From the NCBI GenBank assembly GCA_030141605.1, contig JAQGDQ010000162.1, positions 310,001 through 374,000 of the forward strand: 64,000 nucleotides of DNA, in the 5' to 3' direction. The stretch comes from Tubiluchus corallicola. Its lineage: Eukaryota > Animalia > Priapulida. Every line of letters starts with the position of its first letter. The stretch's first letter is position 1. Made by a program: the position numbers and the translations under genes. Shown piece after piece: positions 12,301 to 27,016 of the stretch. The notes below the pieces were generated by a model. It was not told where the DNA came from. It made no database searches and worked only from the letters and a program-made list of their open reading frames with translations.

Positions 12301-15300
12301 CACAGAATATTTAGCGAGTTCTTGTATGCATTGCAACATTTATTGCTGAGCAAATACAAGTGTTAGTACTACAACAAAGTACACTTTATAAAGTGCTTGA
12401 GCTACACTGGCAGAGGAAGCTTATCGGGTGGTTATGTCTGGTGAAACAACTAGCAGACTTGCAGGTGTAAATAAACCACCTAGCACAGACAGACCGTTAG
12501 CTCACCTGTTGATTATGATTAATAAAGGTGTGCAGTCTATGTACTACGAAACAGAATATTACACCAAAAACGCCTAAAGGTAAGATTTTTTCATCTGCTA
12601 GCAGCTTTTTCCTGATTTAAAAAATACATCTTTACGCAGCTGCATATTTTTTTATTTTATAATCAGTATTATTCACTAAAATAGTAATAAAAGTCAAATA
12701 AAAACACAGGGATGTATAACTACGTGTATTTTATTCACAATTTAATATTGTAGAACATGGCGACAGTTTATAAATTTAAATTTTCCTCTCAGATAACCAC
12801 TAAACAAATAATTTATAATGGATATTTACACTTATTACACTTCTAAACAAAAACAATGTGCCTAACTGAAAAAAAAATCACAAATGAGTCTGTATTTGAA
12901 CCAGGGACCCATGGATTACAAGTACAACAAGACTGCTACCAGCTGATACAACAGCTTTAATTCAAGGAAATGAAGGCATCCCTTAATTCAATCACAGTTG
13001 CTCACATGTCACCAATCGATCCAACATTTCCATGTGTTGGTTTACTCTCGCTCAAGTCATTATTCGTCAATTTTCAATTACTTTTGCTATTACTGTTGTA
13101 ATTTTAATTTTTTGCGATTACTTTTTGTAATTAGTTTACAGCATAAATCATAGAGGTGGGTGCTTAATTAAATATTTATGGTTTCAACTGCATGATTGTT
13201 ATTAACAATGGCAAGAACCCATTAAACTTTTAAACGTGAATTATTAATTTTATTGATAATGAACTGCAACGGTGCTAGTGACAGCTGCAGCAATTTAGCA
13301 AACAACTACAGCACCAATTATGTTAATGCAATGACAAGTAGCAAAAACAACAAATATATGTACTTTTCACACACACACAGTCTTCACGAACACAGACATT
13401 GGCAAAAACAGTTACACAAAGGTCAAGTGAAAACCTAATAGCAGTTATTTGTGTTTCAAAAACGTAATGAAAGGAAATTAGTAGAAATTACTATTGTTAG
13501 ACATCAGAAACGACATATATTCAATGAGAAAATAACATGTTTTGTTGAATGAAGTGAAGAACCATTAGAACTGACTCACACTTGAAAACATGCAAAGTTA
13601 ATTTATAGTGAGTTTATTTATTAACCACCTCCTTGACAAATGAGTTACATTATACTTACTTTTTAAGGCAACTAGGGATCACTGCTGAAACAAATCGTTT
13701 TGGCAGTGCATACAGAACTAAGTTGTCATATTACGTTTTTCAGAAACCCGAGAAATTACTAAACTGATCTTCGGAACGCATAAGATGGCGGATGTAGAAC
13801 TAGGATTTACACTGGATGACATTCACCATTTCTTCTTGGAACATGGTGGCCGGGTAAAAAACAACGAGCTGGTGACTCATTTTAAAAAGTATCTCACGAA
13901 TCCGGAGACAAAAGTTGTGGCACGAGAGACATTCAAGGACTATGTAAACCAGTTGACAACTGTTCGCCAAAATGCTAGTGGCGAGAAAGTGATGGTGTTA
14001 AAATTAGAGTTCTGCAGACCTCAGCAGGCCAGCGGCCATCACAATAGTCACATTAATGTAGTTTGTGACAAACAGGCAAACACACATGACCAAAACGAAA
14101 ATAATATTATCAAAGAACCTATAGAAAGTCACCCAAAATCTGTGCAAAGTAAAAGTGAACAAGAACAAGAAGATGAAGCTCATCAGGCAGATGGAGAAGA
14201 TGAAGAAGAAACAGAAATTGTGACTATACAACAAGAACTGGAATATGAAAGCAAAGATCCACAGGCAATGGAAACATACATATTAGATAACAACACAGAG
14301 GCAAAAACTACACCGGAAAGTGAAAAACTTGACAATCACGTCACAAAAAATGAAAGAATTTCTGAACAACCAGGTTCTTCAATTAGATCTGAAGAAGGCC
14401 AGAGCGAACAGGAAACAAGCAAGCACAGTGACAGTGCCAAAGACAGCGACACTGTTTCTCCATTAAAAGAATCAAAGCCAGACACAGAAAACAAAAAGGA
14501 CTCGACATATACATCACCATCCGTAAAAGAAATGGCTAAAGGTTTCATTGAGAAAGCCTCTCCACAACCTACAGCACCAATTGCGAGAACAAAGCCAAAG
14601 AAATCTGACAAGACCAAAGAGAAAGATGAAGAAGGAGAAGATACAGGTTACACGATGGTATCTCTAGAACCAGGTGAAAAGAGGTGGATGGTTTTGATGG
14701 CTTCACCCGATACGGGTACTATCTGCAAAATGTTGCAAGATAACCCAAAGTTGGCAAAGTTCCAAGACTTCATTTCTGGTTATACGGCCCTGCATCACGC
14801 AGCAAAGCGGGGCAACGAGGAACTCATCAAGCTTCTGATTGGAAAGTACGGGTCCAACATTGACCAAAAGACATTCGGCGGGTACACGCCAGCGCACGTG
14901 GCTGCAATGCATGGTCATGACAGATGCATAGAATTGTTGAGAAGTTATGGAGCAAACTTGAAACTGCGAGACAACAGTGGGCGTCAGCCAGAATTTTATT
15001 CACATAATAAGAGAAGAATGAGGTCCCTCATGTTGGGTTTGTTTTATCAAAGTTCTACCAGACAACAAATCAGGCTATAATTCTTCTGTGTTAGTCCGTC
15101 TGTCTGCATCACAGACAGATTAGAATTACTTTTAAATTTTATTTATGAAATTTTGTAACTTATTATAAGTTTTTTTATTATTGATAGACTTTTATGTATA
15201 GTAAATTTGCTGCATCAAAAATCCAAGTAGGTAATTGAGCAACTTTAAACCTAGTTTAACAACTTAACTTCTAGCATGGGAAAGAAGTGTGACTTGGTGA

Positions 15301-16360
15301 GATTAGGTATCACAGCAGGATATACCTCAACAAGAGCTCACTTTAGACAAATATCAGTGTTCAAAATCACGCACATTGCTGTAATGATACATGAAAATTG
15401 CAATTTTTACCTAGCTTTTAACATTTGTGATGACGTAAAGTTAGAGGAATCGTTAAGGTACTGCTGCAGTACAATCAAGCAGATGAATAAAATCAAGTAA
15501 CCTTTTTTACTGCTATAGAGTTCTCAAATTACTCCTGTTATTTCAAGTGACATGCATCAAACAAATACACAAATAAAATATTTAATTGTTCTGTTAATTA
15601 AAACTTCAAGTTTTTCTGTTTTTCTGTCTTCTTTTACTGTTGAATTTCTTATTAATCGTATTTAATCCTAGCATTGATATTCATCTCCAAGTTATTTAGC
15701 AAATTTTAGAATATCTAATAAGCGAGACAATAACATAAAGACCAATGTGCCTAATAGGGGTGAGCATAAGACGTTAAAATTCGATTTGACAAGTTTTTTT
15801 AGTTTGAACTTGATTCGAACTTAAAATTATAGATTTGAAAAATTCAGCACATCAACTACATGCGTTCTTTATTGTTAAAATATTTGAAATATCATACAAT
15901 TAGCATAATTTAGCTTCGGTTTCTTTGCACAATTTTTAAATAAATTATTACATACTGTTTTTACAGCAGAACAAAACCAAGTAATATGCATAATATTTGG
16001 GAGAACACTTTTTATTAGTGATCCGAGAATTTATTTGAAAATCTTAAACGCTGAATTTGAGTTCAATTCACGTTCAAAAATGCTTAAATTCGGTTTGATA
16101 TAAATTCGACAGTAACAAGTTTATTCAATTCGAGTTTGTTTTCTGATAGAAAATGCTCACCCCTAGTGTACCGGATTTCGTAGCTTAATGGTAGCATGCT
16201 CGCTTATCACCCCTGAGGTCGTGAGTTCCACTCTGGACCGAGTCATACCAAAGACTTGAAAAATGGCAACACTGCTTCTTCGACCAAACAGGCGGGTTTA
16301 TCGAAGTAACATGCGGGTAATAATAATCGGGACCACCTTAGGACTATGTCCTAAATGAAT

Positions 16361-16391
<31 letters not shown>

Positions 16392-19300
16392 TATTATTAT
16401 CATTATAGTATCCAATTCCAGACACAAAGAACGGCAGAGTAATCAGTGATAAAGTGCTAACACTCTCTGACAGTCTGAGTGCTCTCGATCTTTCTGGCAA
16501 AAGCACTTACGATATGAGCAAATTTATCACATGAGATTTCAGCAACATCAGAAGCAATTAGAGAGTAACACCCAGTGGATCACCTAATCAATACCTAACG
16601 AAAAGTGCTGTGAAATGTTTTGCAGACATGCTGGAGGATGTTTTGTTATTGTAAATTGGTTAATAAAGTCATGGCATCAGCTATGAGCAGGCGTGACAAG
16701 TTCGTCTTGGCAAATTTGGCTAATTTACTGTACTCCTAGGAAATTATTTGATTAGAAATTATTATTAAAATGTACAACTTCTATTGTTTTGTCAAATACT
16801 TGATGCCATTTCTAGTACTTCTGTCTTGGCAAATATGGCTAATCTACTGTACTCCTAGGAAATTATTTGATTAGAAATTATTATTAAAATGTACAACTTC
16901 TATTGTTTTGTCAAATACTTGATGTCATTTCTAGTACTTTGTATCGGATAAGAAATAATAAATTGAACATGGCAAAGGTGCTTTAAACTTGATTTAGCCA
17001 TTTAAATATTATAAAGTGTCTCATCAAAACATCTTTAATAACACAGTATGAATACAATAGTATTTAATAATAACTATTTTGATAAAAGCAATAAACTCAG
17101 TTATTCGGATTTTATGTGCATTAATCCTCTAGCTATAATTGCAAATCTCCTATCAAAATTTTTGAAACTGCATTTCATCTTAGCTTTAAACTAAACTGTT
17201 TTAGTTATTGCTGATTTTGGAATGTGCAAATGAAAAACCCGTGTTGCTCTACCAGGCCTAGCTGCTCAATAAACAATAGAATCGTGGGCTCTTACAGTCA
17301 AAAGTAAAGTAGTAACTCATAATTATTCTGCTACTGCCGAAGAAAACAGAGTAAATCCCCGGGGATAAATGAAAGCGCAAGATCTCAGTTTTTGCGAGCT
17401 CGTAACAAGTAATGGCATAAAACATTTTATCACCCCCTTTGGATTTTTCAGCTTCAGTATTTTTCAAAATCATTAGTCTAGGTTTAGGCAATAAGCAAGT
17501 CATATAGTGGCCTTTAAGCCTGTTCATGGGCAACAGTCTTTCGTTACACTCGCGTGAGCTCTAAATTACATGCACATCAATTAAGACAATGAATTACAAG
17601 TTACTGCATAGCGTATGCATAATTATCATCATCACTTATCATGCAAATGACAGCTAATCTGTTGCAACGTGCACAGGGCCATCGCTAGAATTTTATTAAT
17701 TGGCGTATTCTGATGATGTTTAAGATCCCGTGTATTAATTGACATCATTTCATATAAGCCTAGAAAAAGCTGACTTTTCTGCATTTGATAACGTGATTAA
17801 CTAAACTGTCATGTTTAGTTATGGTAAAACAGTCACAGCATAATCCTGATCTGATTCAAATTAGATTTGTGGATAAATGAATAATGGTTTTAAGTGGTAA
17901 TGTATCTTTTTATAAAAAAGGAGGTATCTCTCTCCAAATGCTACTAATACCATTTTTTTAATTTCATTGACAGTATTATTTAATTTATTCCTTTACAACA
18001 TAAATGTTTAGATAGTTTTTTGTTTGGAACAAAATTTTTATTGGGGCCAATGAAACACATTTTACACTACAAGTAAAATGTCTGGAAAAGTCATAGTTGA
18101 ATTTCAAAACCCTGAAGGTCATGCAATTTCATCACTTCTACCAGTTTAAAAGGTAAAACTTTATGACAAAAGCTGCAAAACATCCCACTAACGAATCAGT
18201 GCCCTTACCTGAAAAATGATGTCACCAAAGTCAACACATTGGTTTTATGACGTCATACAGTAGACCCATTTAATTCAGAACATGCTTTGCGAACATTCAG
18301 TGACATTCTTCGTGACGACAAAATCCGAAATAAATGTTAAGACTTTTTAAGCCAACAACAGCAAAACCAAAAAAATTTGACCAGACTTACCTCAGCTGGA
18401 AGAAGAGTGAAAGAATATATTTGCTTCAAACCAGAGACTAGAGTGTCATTTGTGGAGACTAGATATTTACAAAAATCCCGATGCAGACCCACCCAGTCGC
18501 TTCCGCCATCAATCCTGAATAACAAAAACTAATTAGACATACTCAAGCAACTGTTATTGGCAAGTCTTGATCAGGTATAAGGTACGTGCTTGCAAGCTAA
18601 TCAGTACTGTACGATGAGCTGTTACAATGCAAAGTAAAATTTACTTACATAGAACACTACATCACTTAAAATCTCAGCACGCTGAACAATAAAATACATT
18701 TAAAATTCATACGATACATAAAATTTAAACGACATTAAAAAAATTAAAAATTCATCATAAAAAAGTACAATTTAAACAAACGTGTTTTAATGTACTTTAC
18801 ATTGATTTAGTTCTAAGCACAAATTGGCTTGTAAAATAATGTCAGGTGGTTTACAGTGTCTATTCTGGCAAAAGTAGTACACTTTATAGTACTGTGTGAT
18901 TACTTTATAAGTAGATGTACTTACTCTATGTACAAATACGTACATGCATAATTATCTACTTAAACCTTTTGCCGAAATGCAGGGAAGTGTGACTAAAATA
19001 AAAAAATATTTGCAATTTTTCGACTCTCCCTAGTACAACATCGTCCTTTTAGCGAAATAACCTCATGAAAACCTGCTTAAGCAAGCAGCCTACAGCTAAT
19101 GCTTTTGATAAATTTGCTCTCAACTGGATTGCAGTTGTGCAGGCAATGTTTGTTTCGTAATTGTAAAATTGTTGAGTTTCTTCAGTCCTCTCCAAAGGAG
19201 ATACACAATTCACATCAAAATCATTAAAGGAGAAGAAAAGGCAATTTTAAAGTACATGTATGCGACAAAAAACTTTTCACGCAAAGTTATTTTACTTATC

Positions 19301-19983
19301 CTAACGTCTGAAAGACATATTAACCAGAAAAGAAAATCCTTAGTAATTTAAAACGTTCATGACCAACTAGTAAAACGTTGCTGACTCACCTTCCCAGTGT
19401 GCACCACTGAGTCACCAAAAACCGTGTTTTTAATCTTACTGACTAGATAAAGTAATTGATATTTTTGCTTAGCGAAGTGTATTATTTTTTCTTTTATTAT
19501 TTTTGAAACTTTACGATTTAAAGTCAATTTAAACAACCTGCCATTGATATGGCTATGCCTAATGGTTATTTCCTTAGCTTAGATTTACAAGTTTTATTCT
19601 GAGTTGCTGCTAATGCAAGCTCTGTGCGCAGTAAGGCATTACGACATGATACAAAATATCAAGGCGAATTTTTTTAGCATGTTTAAGTAATCTCTGCAAA
19701 GTCACAACATGATTCAAATACTAGCTGGTAATTGATAACAATAATGTACAGAGTTAACCAACATGTTTTCTTGTGCTATAAGCAAGTTCAAGAGTGCGTT
19801 TGTTGAAAAGTTAGCTTACCGTATTCCTTCTGGCAAAGCCCTGGATCCTATGCGCCACATTCTCAATTCACATTCCAGGAATGTTCTGTGCAGGCCCTGC
19901 TTCTTCAAAAACCTTGCAAACATAACGTACATCAGATAATAATATTAGTAACAATAATAATGATAATGATATTGATAATGATA

Positions 19984-20033
<50 letters not shown>

Positions 20034-23000
20034 AATAATAATAATAATAAAACAATAATCATGTCTCTCTTTCATAGATGACTCTAAGCATAAATCAGTT
20101 AATGTTTACACTTACTTAGGCGTATCTTTTCCATGAGATTTCAAAAAGTTTAAACCCTTATTGGCAGTAAGATAAGCAGTCAGTTCCTCATTTGTCCTGC
20201 AAGTAAGAAAGGTTTTTACATACAAAAAGTGTAACAATGCTAGCAGTGCTGAACCAGGTTAGTAAATTTATGGGTGACAATCAGGAAAAATTGTTTCTGG
20301 GCAGTTTTATCCACCTTAAGTTAAATAACATGTTGTTACCTAATACTGGATCTGAGGCGAAAAAACAATTTACGTAAAAGAAACGAAAGCAAAAATAAAA
20401 ACTGATTTAACATCCAAGCTTCAACATGGCAATTGCATTTAATGATATTTACTAAAAATTGTCGTATTATAGCTCGTAAAGTTATTCTGAAGATATAAAA
20501 TTGGGAAATTTCCATAATCAGTTTGTATTGTGATATAACAAGACTTAGCTGCGAGCTCTTAGAATGCATGTTCTTAACCTGTACAAAGTCATAACATAAT
20601 TCAAATGCTAGCTGGTAAGAGATAATGATAATTGTACAGAAAAATATTACTTCTTGCTTATATATCTTTTCTTACTTGATGGGAAAGTCTGATTCGCTGA
20701 GATTAACAAAATAGTCCCACTTCCAGTTCAACTGCAAGACATCCTCCATACATTGTAACAGCATGGTCAGCAAACTGGCACCACCCCAAATGGTGCTGAG
20801 GCGGCGATGGCTAAGCTTCACATTGGCAAATGAAGCCTCTAATGGCAGTAATTCTCTATATAAATAATCTTGTCGCTGTAAATTAAGAAAGAAAGAAATT
20901 TCAAAAAAAATCTTCAGAGCATTTCAGTTTAAAAAATTAACCATGGACACCAAAAGAGAAACTTCTGCAGTTGCAAAAATATAGAAACGCACTACTTTCA
21001 GCCCATATAGTTTTAGACTCTGCTAAAATCACTGTGGTTCAACGAAAATATTGGGTTTTAATACAAAAGACAAAAAAATATCTGATCACAAACTCATAGC
21101 ACTTCAGAATTAAATAGGAGTCAGGAATTGCCTCGTGCAATATTGACGTACGCCTGAGTGGTGCGTTATGTGACATTACGTAAATAATAGTATATTTCAA
21201 GCACTTGTTGTGAGATGCATGTGTGCGACATGTTATGCGACATTACGTGAATAATAGTACATTTCAAGCATTTGCTGTGACGTGTATATTTGCGACATTA
21301 CGTAAATAATAGCATATTTCAAGCATTTTCTGTGACATGCAGGTATGCGACAAATTGTGACATTACGTAAATAATAGTATATTTCAAGCATTTGTTGTGA
21401 GGTGCATGTGTGCGACATGTTATGCGAAATTACGTGAATAATAGTACATTTCAACCATTTGCTGCGACGTTCACATTTGCAACATTACGTAAATAATAGT
21501 ATATTTCAAGCATTTGTTGTGAGGTGCATGTGTGCGACATGTTATGCGAAATTACGTGAATAATAGTACATTTCAACCATTTGCTGCGACGTTCACATTT
21601 GCAACATTACGTAAATAATAGTATATTTCAAGCATTTGCTGTGACGTTCACATTTGCGACATTACGTAAATAATAGAATATGTCAAACATTTGCTGTGAC
21701 GTTCACATTTGCGACATTACGTAAATAATAGTACATTTCAACCATTTGCTGTGACGTTCACATTTGCGACATTACGTAAATAATAGTACATTTCAAGCAT
21801 TTGCTGTGATGTTCACATTTACGACATTACGTAAATAATAGTATATTTCAAGCATTTGCGGTGACGTGCAAGTATGCAACAAATTATGTGACATACGTAA
21901 ATAATAGTACATTTCAAACATCTGCTGTATTCACACGAGTGGCAGATTTTTCTTGCTATCTGAGCACAGAATAATTTGCATTTAAAACTTTTGTTTTTGA
22001 CTGTAACTTGCAGCAAACGTTATGCTGAAATTAACTTCAACATGTCCTACTCATGGTGACTGTACATAATGCTACTTGAATAATGTAAAAGCACCAAGGT
22101 GCTGTAAAAATGCAAAGTGAAGACAAATTCAGAATGTTGCTGTTTGAATGTGTTTTGAATATGCACCATAAGACCACTAATCAACTTGATAGCCACAACA
22201 TGCAAGAACTTAATTGTGTGATATTGAGTGGATCATAATGTGAAGTGTCGTAAACTAACAGAAATGACTTTCGAAACTCAGGTTTCAAGGAAAAGAATGG
22301 TTTAAACATTTCGGCTGAGAGAATAATTTGCTTACTAGTCCAAAACTAAATTGCTGTAACGTCAGTATTATAGTTCACTTTATACTACTTCTGTAGAGGC
22401 AGCACAATTTGTTCTACATCGAGCCTATTCTCTTATCCCGCTATGTGTGAAAACTACAAAATTTCTAAAATAAAGCTGGCAGACTTAATATGGTCATTCA
22501 CCACCCTTTCTCCACACTGTTAAGTTTGCAGGAGATAAATAAATATATCTTATCCTATCTTATCAAGGTTGTGACATTTCAAAACAGTTTAAGCCTAGTA
22601 CAAACTACAAGTTTAGTATAAATAAGGAAATTGACTTAGGGACATATTTTGCCAGAAAAATAAGTTTGAATGGTTAAATTGTTAACAAACCAATCACTGA
22701 AACATACAAGACTGCCCAAAAATCAATAGTCCTATAACAATTTAATGCTGAATCACTAGGAGTGCCAATCATGCTTCAATACAATTTTATCATACTTATT
22801 TACTTACAGCATCGACGTGTATAAAATAGTAATGTCTGACATGATACAGAGCCTTGAATAGTCGCCTGATCTGCCTCAGGGCTCGGCCATTTACAGTGAG
22901 GATGAAGACAATGCGAATGCTCTCTTGTTTATCATCAACAGCTGCTGTCACCTTCTTGAGAGCTTTCTCATTTTTCACAACTGCAAAGATAATACAATTT

Positions 23001-25817
23001 CAATGAAAATACAACAATTCAAGCAGCTTATGACTGAAAACAAAAAATTCACATTTTAAATTACCAAGTTGATATTTAAATTTGATGTTTATCCAATCAA
23101 AGTAGTGGGGATGTAATGTTTGTACGCCACTGTTTCATAGAAACTAAGATTTTGTGTAAATGCTTCAACTTCACATTTGGCATGTGCTATTAATTTATAT
23201 TTCAGATCGGTCAACCTAACCCCCCCCTCTGAGTGCCATTTGAAGTGTAGAGTGTCCTTGTCCTGCACACAAGTTAGGGGTTAATTGATCAGTTAGTAGC
23301 AGTTAGTCTGGAAGAAAGAAGTTAGTTGGCTTGAAGAACAATAAGTAGACGATTGCCAAAAATGTCACGTAACTTGAAAGATACAATTTTTCCATACAAA
23401 CCGAGTAATGATAACATTTTTGTTTATAACTGTTGTACCAAACTAACAAACAGCGTAAAAAAGTTCTTAGTGTTAGTTACAGTTCTCCATAGATTCACGT
23501 ACGGTTGGGAAAAATGCGGGCCATGGAGTAAAAATTTGTTTAATGCTAATTACAAGTTTTAGTTTGCCTTGCATACACTGATGCTTAAATTAAAGGTTCT
23601 ACTAATCTGCAAAAAATCCCACTAATTCTTGCCTGCTGGAACTCTTTCTAGCATTAGTGTGGCATAGCACAACAGGATAAATAAAAAATGACTGCAGTAT
23701 CATTTCTTTTAAAGCTATTGCAAGTAAAAATAGTCTAAATTCAACGTTTCTTATAGCTGCAGGATGTACTCTCCTTAATTGGGCCCAATACACTCACAAA
23801 GTTTATTCAAAGACAATGACAGCAGATTGCAAAATCTTGCAACCCTCGTTGTGTTGTCTATTTTTTTGACATGCTTTCAATAAGCCTTTTCACATTTTCG
23901 TCGTGCTCACATGCAGTTGTCAAAGGCTATGTGTACCAGCAACATGTCTTAACTACAAACGTCAGGTGACTTGTGTAAAGCAAAGCCGTCTGCCGTATCA
24001 GTCTAGTAATTTCAGTTGCTTTACATGGACTTTACTTAATTATGCATTAGTCAGTAGAGAGAGTAATTTATTAGCAGGATCTTGCTTGCTTAGCAGAATT
24101 AGCAGGATAAGCAAAAGCTTATTGTTATACAATGGTACTGGACTGAAAACGCTATATGGATGTTTTAATTAACAATGCAATCAATGATTTTATAGATCAG
24201 TTAAGATAGCAAATATTTGACACAGAACCGGACAGTTTCAAAACAAACTGGCATCATTTCATAAGGATACTAAGGGCATTGCCCCATGGATGTTAAGTGA
24301 GGGTTAAACCTCAAACTGCCTTGTTTGCTAAAATTTGCATAGCTGTACATGCAAAAATCATTTCAATTGCATATCAATTTATTTTCGATTAACATTCAGA
24401 CTTACTGAGCCTGCATAAATCCCGCATTATTGCTGCTTACAGACTTCGGACTGCTATTTACGCGCAGTTCTGTTTAATAATACATGAGCCATTATTCTGA
24501 CTCAGTTAACGAGAAAGCTCGGGAAACAGTAATTACTATTCAGCTGGTGCGGGAAAATCCAATAAAAGTTTAGTGGAAACTTGGCAGGAGTCTACCACAC
24601 GGCTGGGCAACAGAGCATAAAACTTGCATTTGCGAAATGACTTTCTGAGACTGCCAATGACATTTCAGTCATCAATAATGAATGTAATAGCATCGGTGTG
24701 CAGTGGTTCTCATACTGATGGGACGCTTTGTCAAATATGTTGCCACGGTTACACACTTTGCAAATATTAGCTCCATATTGGTCAATTATTAATTAATAAT
24801 CAGGTAACAAACATTTATTTATGAGACACACTCTGTGACATTTACCCTTCTCACAGGAATGAATTGACTGTCGTTCTGTATTCTGCAAACAATAACCCAG
24901 CCCTCAGTGACAGGGCTTAGTCAATGCTGGCAGTACCAAAACCTAACTAATTACTAAAGATAATCGCCTGAGGTTGGGTAAGATAATGGGAAAGGAAAAG
25001 TGTCTTTGCTGTATTCGAATGTTTTCCTCATTGACAGAAAAGGGAGCAGACGCAACTGCTGAAAAACAGCTTTTTGCAGCAATTAATAATGAAGCAAAAG
25101 GCATGGACGTACGTGTGTAATATATGTGTACGTGCGAGCCATAAGTAAGTCAGTATAGTTAAAACTGCAGTACACTGCTGCACAGCAGATTGTGTCAAAA
25201 ATTGCAATGAATATCAATCTTTTGTTTAAAAACAAATGCTATACGTAGTGAACTTTTACATTGATAAAATGTTTTAAAAATACTAAAAATACCAAACTTC
25301 ATAGTAACTACTCTTCTGTACAGGTTGCTAACTGGCAAACTTTAACAGTGATTTTCTCAAAATGATGTTTCGCAGTGTGCAATGTGGACCTTAACTTTAA
25401 CATGGATTATCTTAACTTAAAGATAATGTGCAGCAATGAGCTTGGTTTCAAAATGATCTTCATGAAATGGAGATTCAGCATATATGTATAAATAGAAAAC
25501 CCTAATTGCCAACTCATATATGGAGTTTAAACATGTGTGTTCGTACACACATATGTCCACACCAGTTCTCAACATCCACATCACACGCAGCCAAGTTTTT
25601 AATATCGTCTTGATAGTCGTGGCTTGGAGAGTGGCCACTGGTCATTCATTTTTTTTTGAAAACTTTACTTCCAAACAAGATATGACTGATTTTGGACGAT
25701 TTAGTACTGTTTCAACGAGAAAAATTCTATGAACAGCATGACAACAATGATGCAATACTGAATTCTAACTGTTTTTCATAGTTTAATAGTTTAACAATAA
25801 ATTTTGCAGGGGAAAGG

Positions 25818-25915
<98 letters not shown>

Positions 25916-26955
25916 AAGCAAAAAACAGAGAGCAAGAGGGCAGGCAGAGAGAGATAAAGAAAGGAAAGAAGAAAAACGAGAAAGGGGAGAAGGGGCAGAC
26001 ACAAGAAAGAATGACAGTGAAAGAAAGAGAGGGAGAAAAGAGAAAGAGAGATAAAAAAGAAATGGGAGAGGGAAGAGGAAGGGGGAAAAATGGAGAAAGA
26101 GAAAAGGAGACCGGAGAAACAGAGAGAGTGTGCGTGAGAATGAAATGAGCCTGAGTCTGAGCGTAGCGATTCAAAATATTTTACTAGCTTTGTTAACAGC
26201 ACAAGATTTTGCTAGTATAAACAACATTTGAACAAAACTAATATTACACATTTCCAGAGAATGCGCCACAAAAAGAGATCAAATACAATGGATGTATAGC
26301 AAACACATAGACATTTAACACAGACTGTGCTACAGTTGGTCATATATCTGTTTGTGAGTGTCCGAACTTCTGGTGTGTCCCATTCATAAATTTACTAACT
26401 CTTTTCGAATTTCATTGAAAAGACAGGAGCATTTTGGCACGAAGACATTGCACAAACTATAAAAAACTTAACAGTTAAGAAAGAAAAAAGTGCAATACCA
26501 CGAAAACCAGTTTGGTAGATGGCTATTGCATCAGTTCCTCCACACATCTCTTCGTCATTGCCAGTACACGGCAACGAGCAGTCTGCCTCATTTAAGGATG
26601 GATGGGTTCCATAGTTGGTCCCACAGTAGCAATCCCAGCTGTATTCTACGCCTATGACATAAAATGTGCACTTTAATTATAAATGTAATGTTAACAAGTT
26701 TAAGAGTGAGAAGTTAGATAATGGTTAGCTCAACTAGTCTGGAATGGCAGCAATGGGATACCCTCTTACTTACCATCTAATATATGTTAGACCTGTAACA
26801 AAGTTTCATACTGTTTATATTATTTTTTATTTGGCTAACAAATAAGAATGCACTGTATTAGGCCGTAAATCTGTTAAACTTATGTAAACATTGTCTGTAA
26901 ATGAAGACACTAGTGTACTAATTTTTGTAATATAATTTTGTTCAATAAAAGATTT

Positions 26956-27016
<61 letters not shown>

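Noticed and set aside
14004-14918. Minus-strand ORFs overlapping Sowah
   Set aside because: Antisense shadows of the real + strand CDS, with no motifs.
16170-16240. Possible tRNA gene
   Set aside because: Degenerate T-arm and no acceptor pairing; followed by a SINE core and (TTA)n tail.
19868-20062. Signal-peptide-like poly-Ser/Leu ORF
   Set aside because: Translation of the (GAT)n/(AAT)n microsatellite in XYLT intron 7.
21171-21925. CRISPR-like repeat array
   Set aside because: Units are contiguous with no unique spacers, there are no cas genes, and the context is a eukaryotic intron.
25727-26202. Several ORFs of 77-139 aa (LSLSLS / ERERER)
   Set aside because: Translations of the (GA)n tract.
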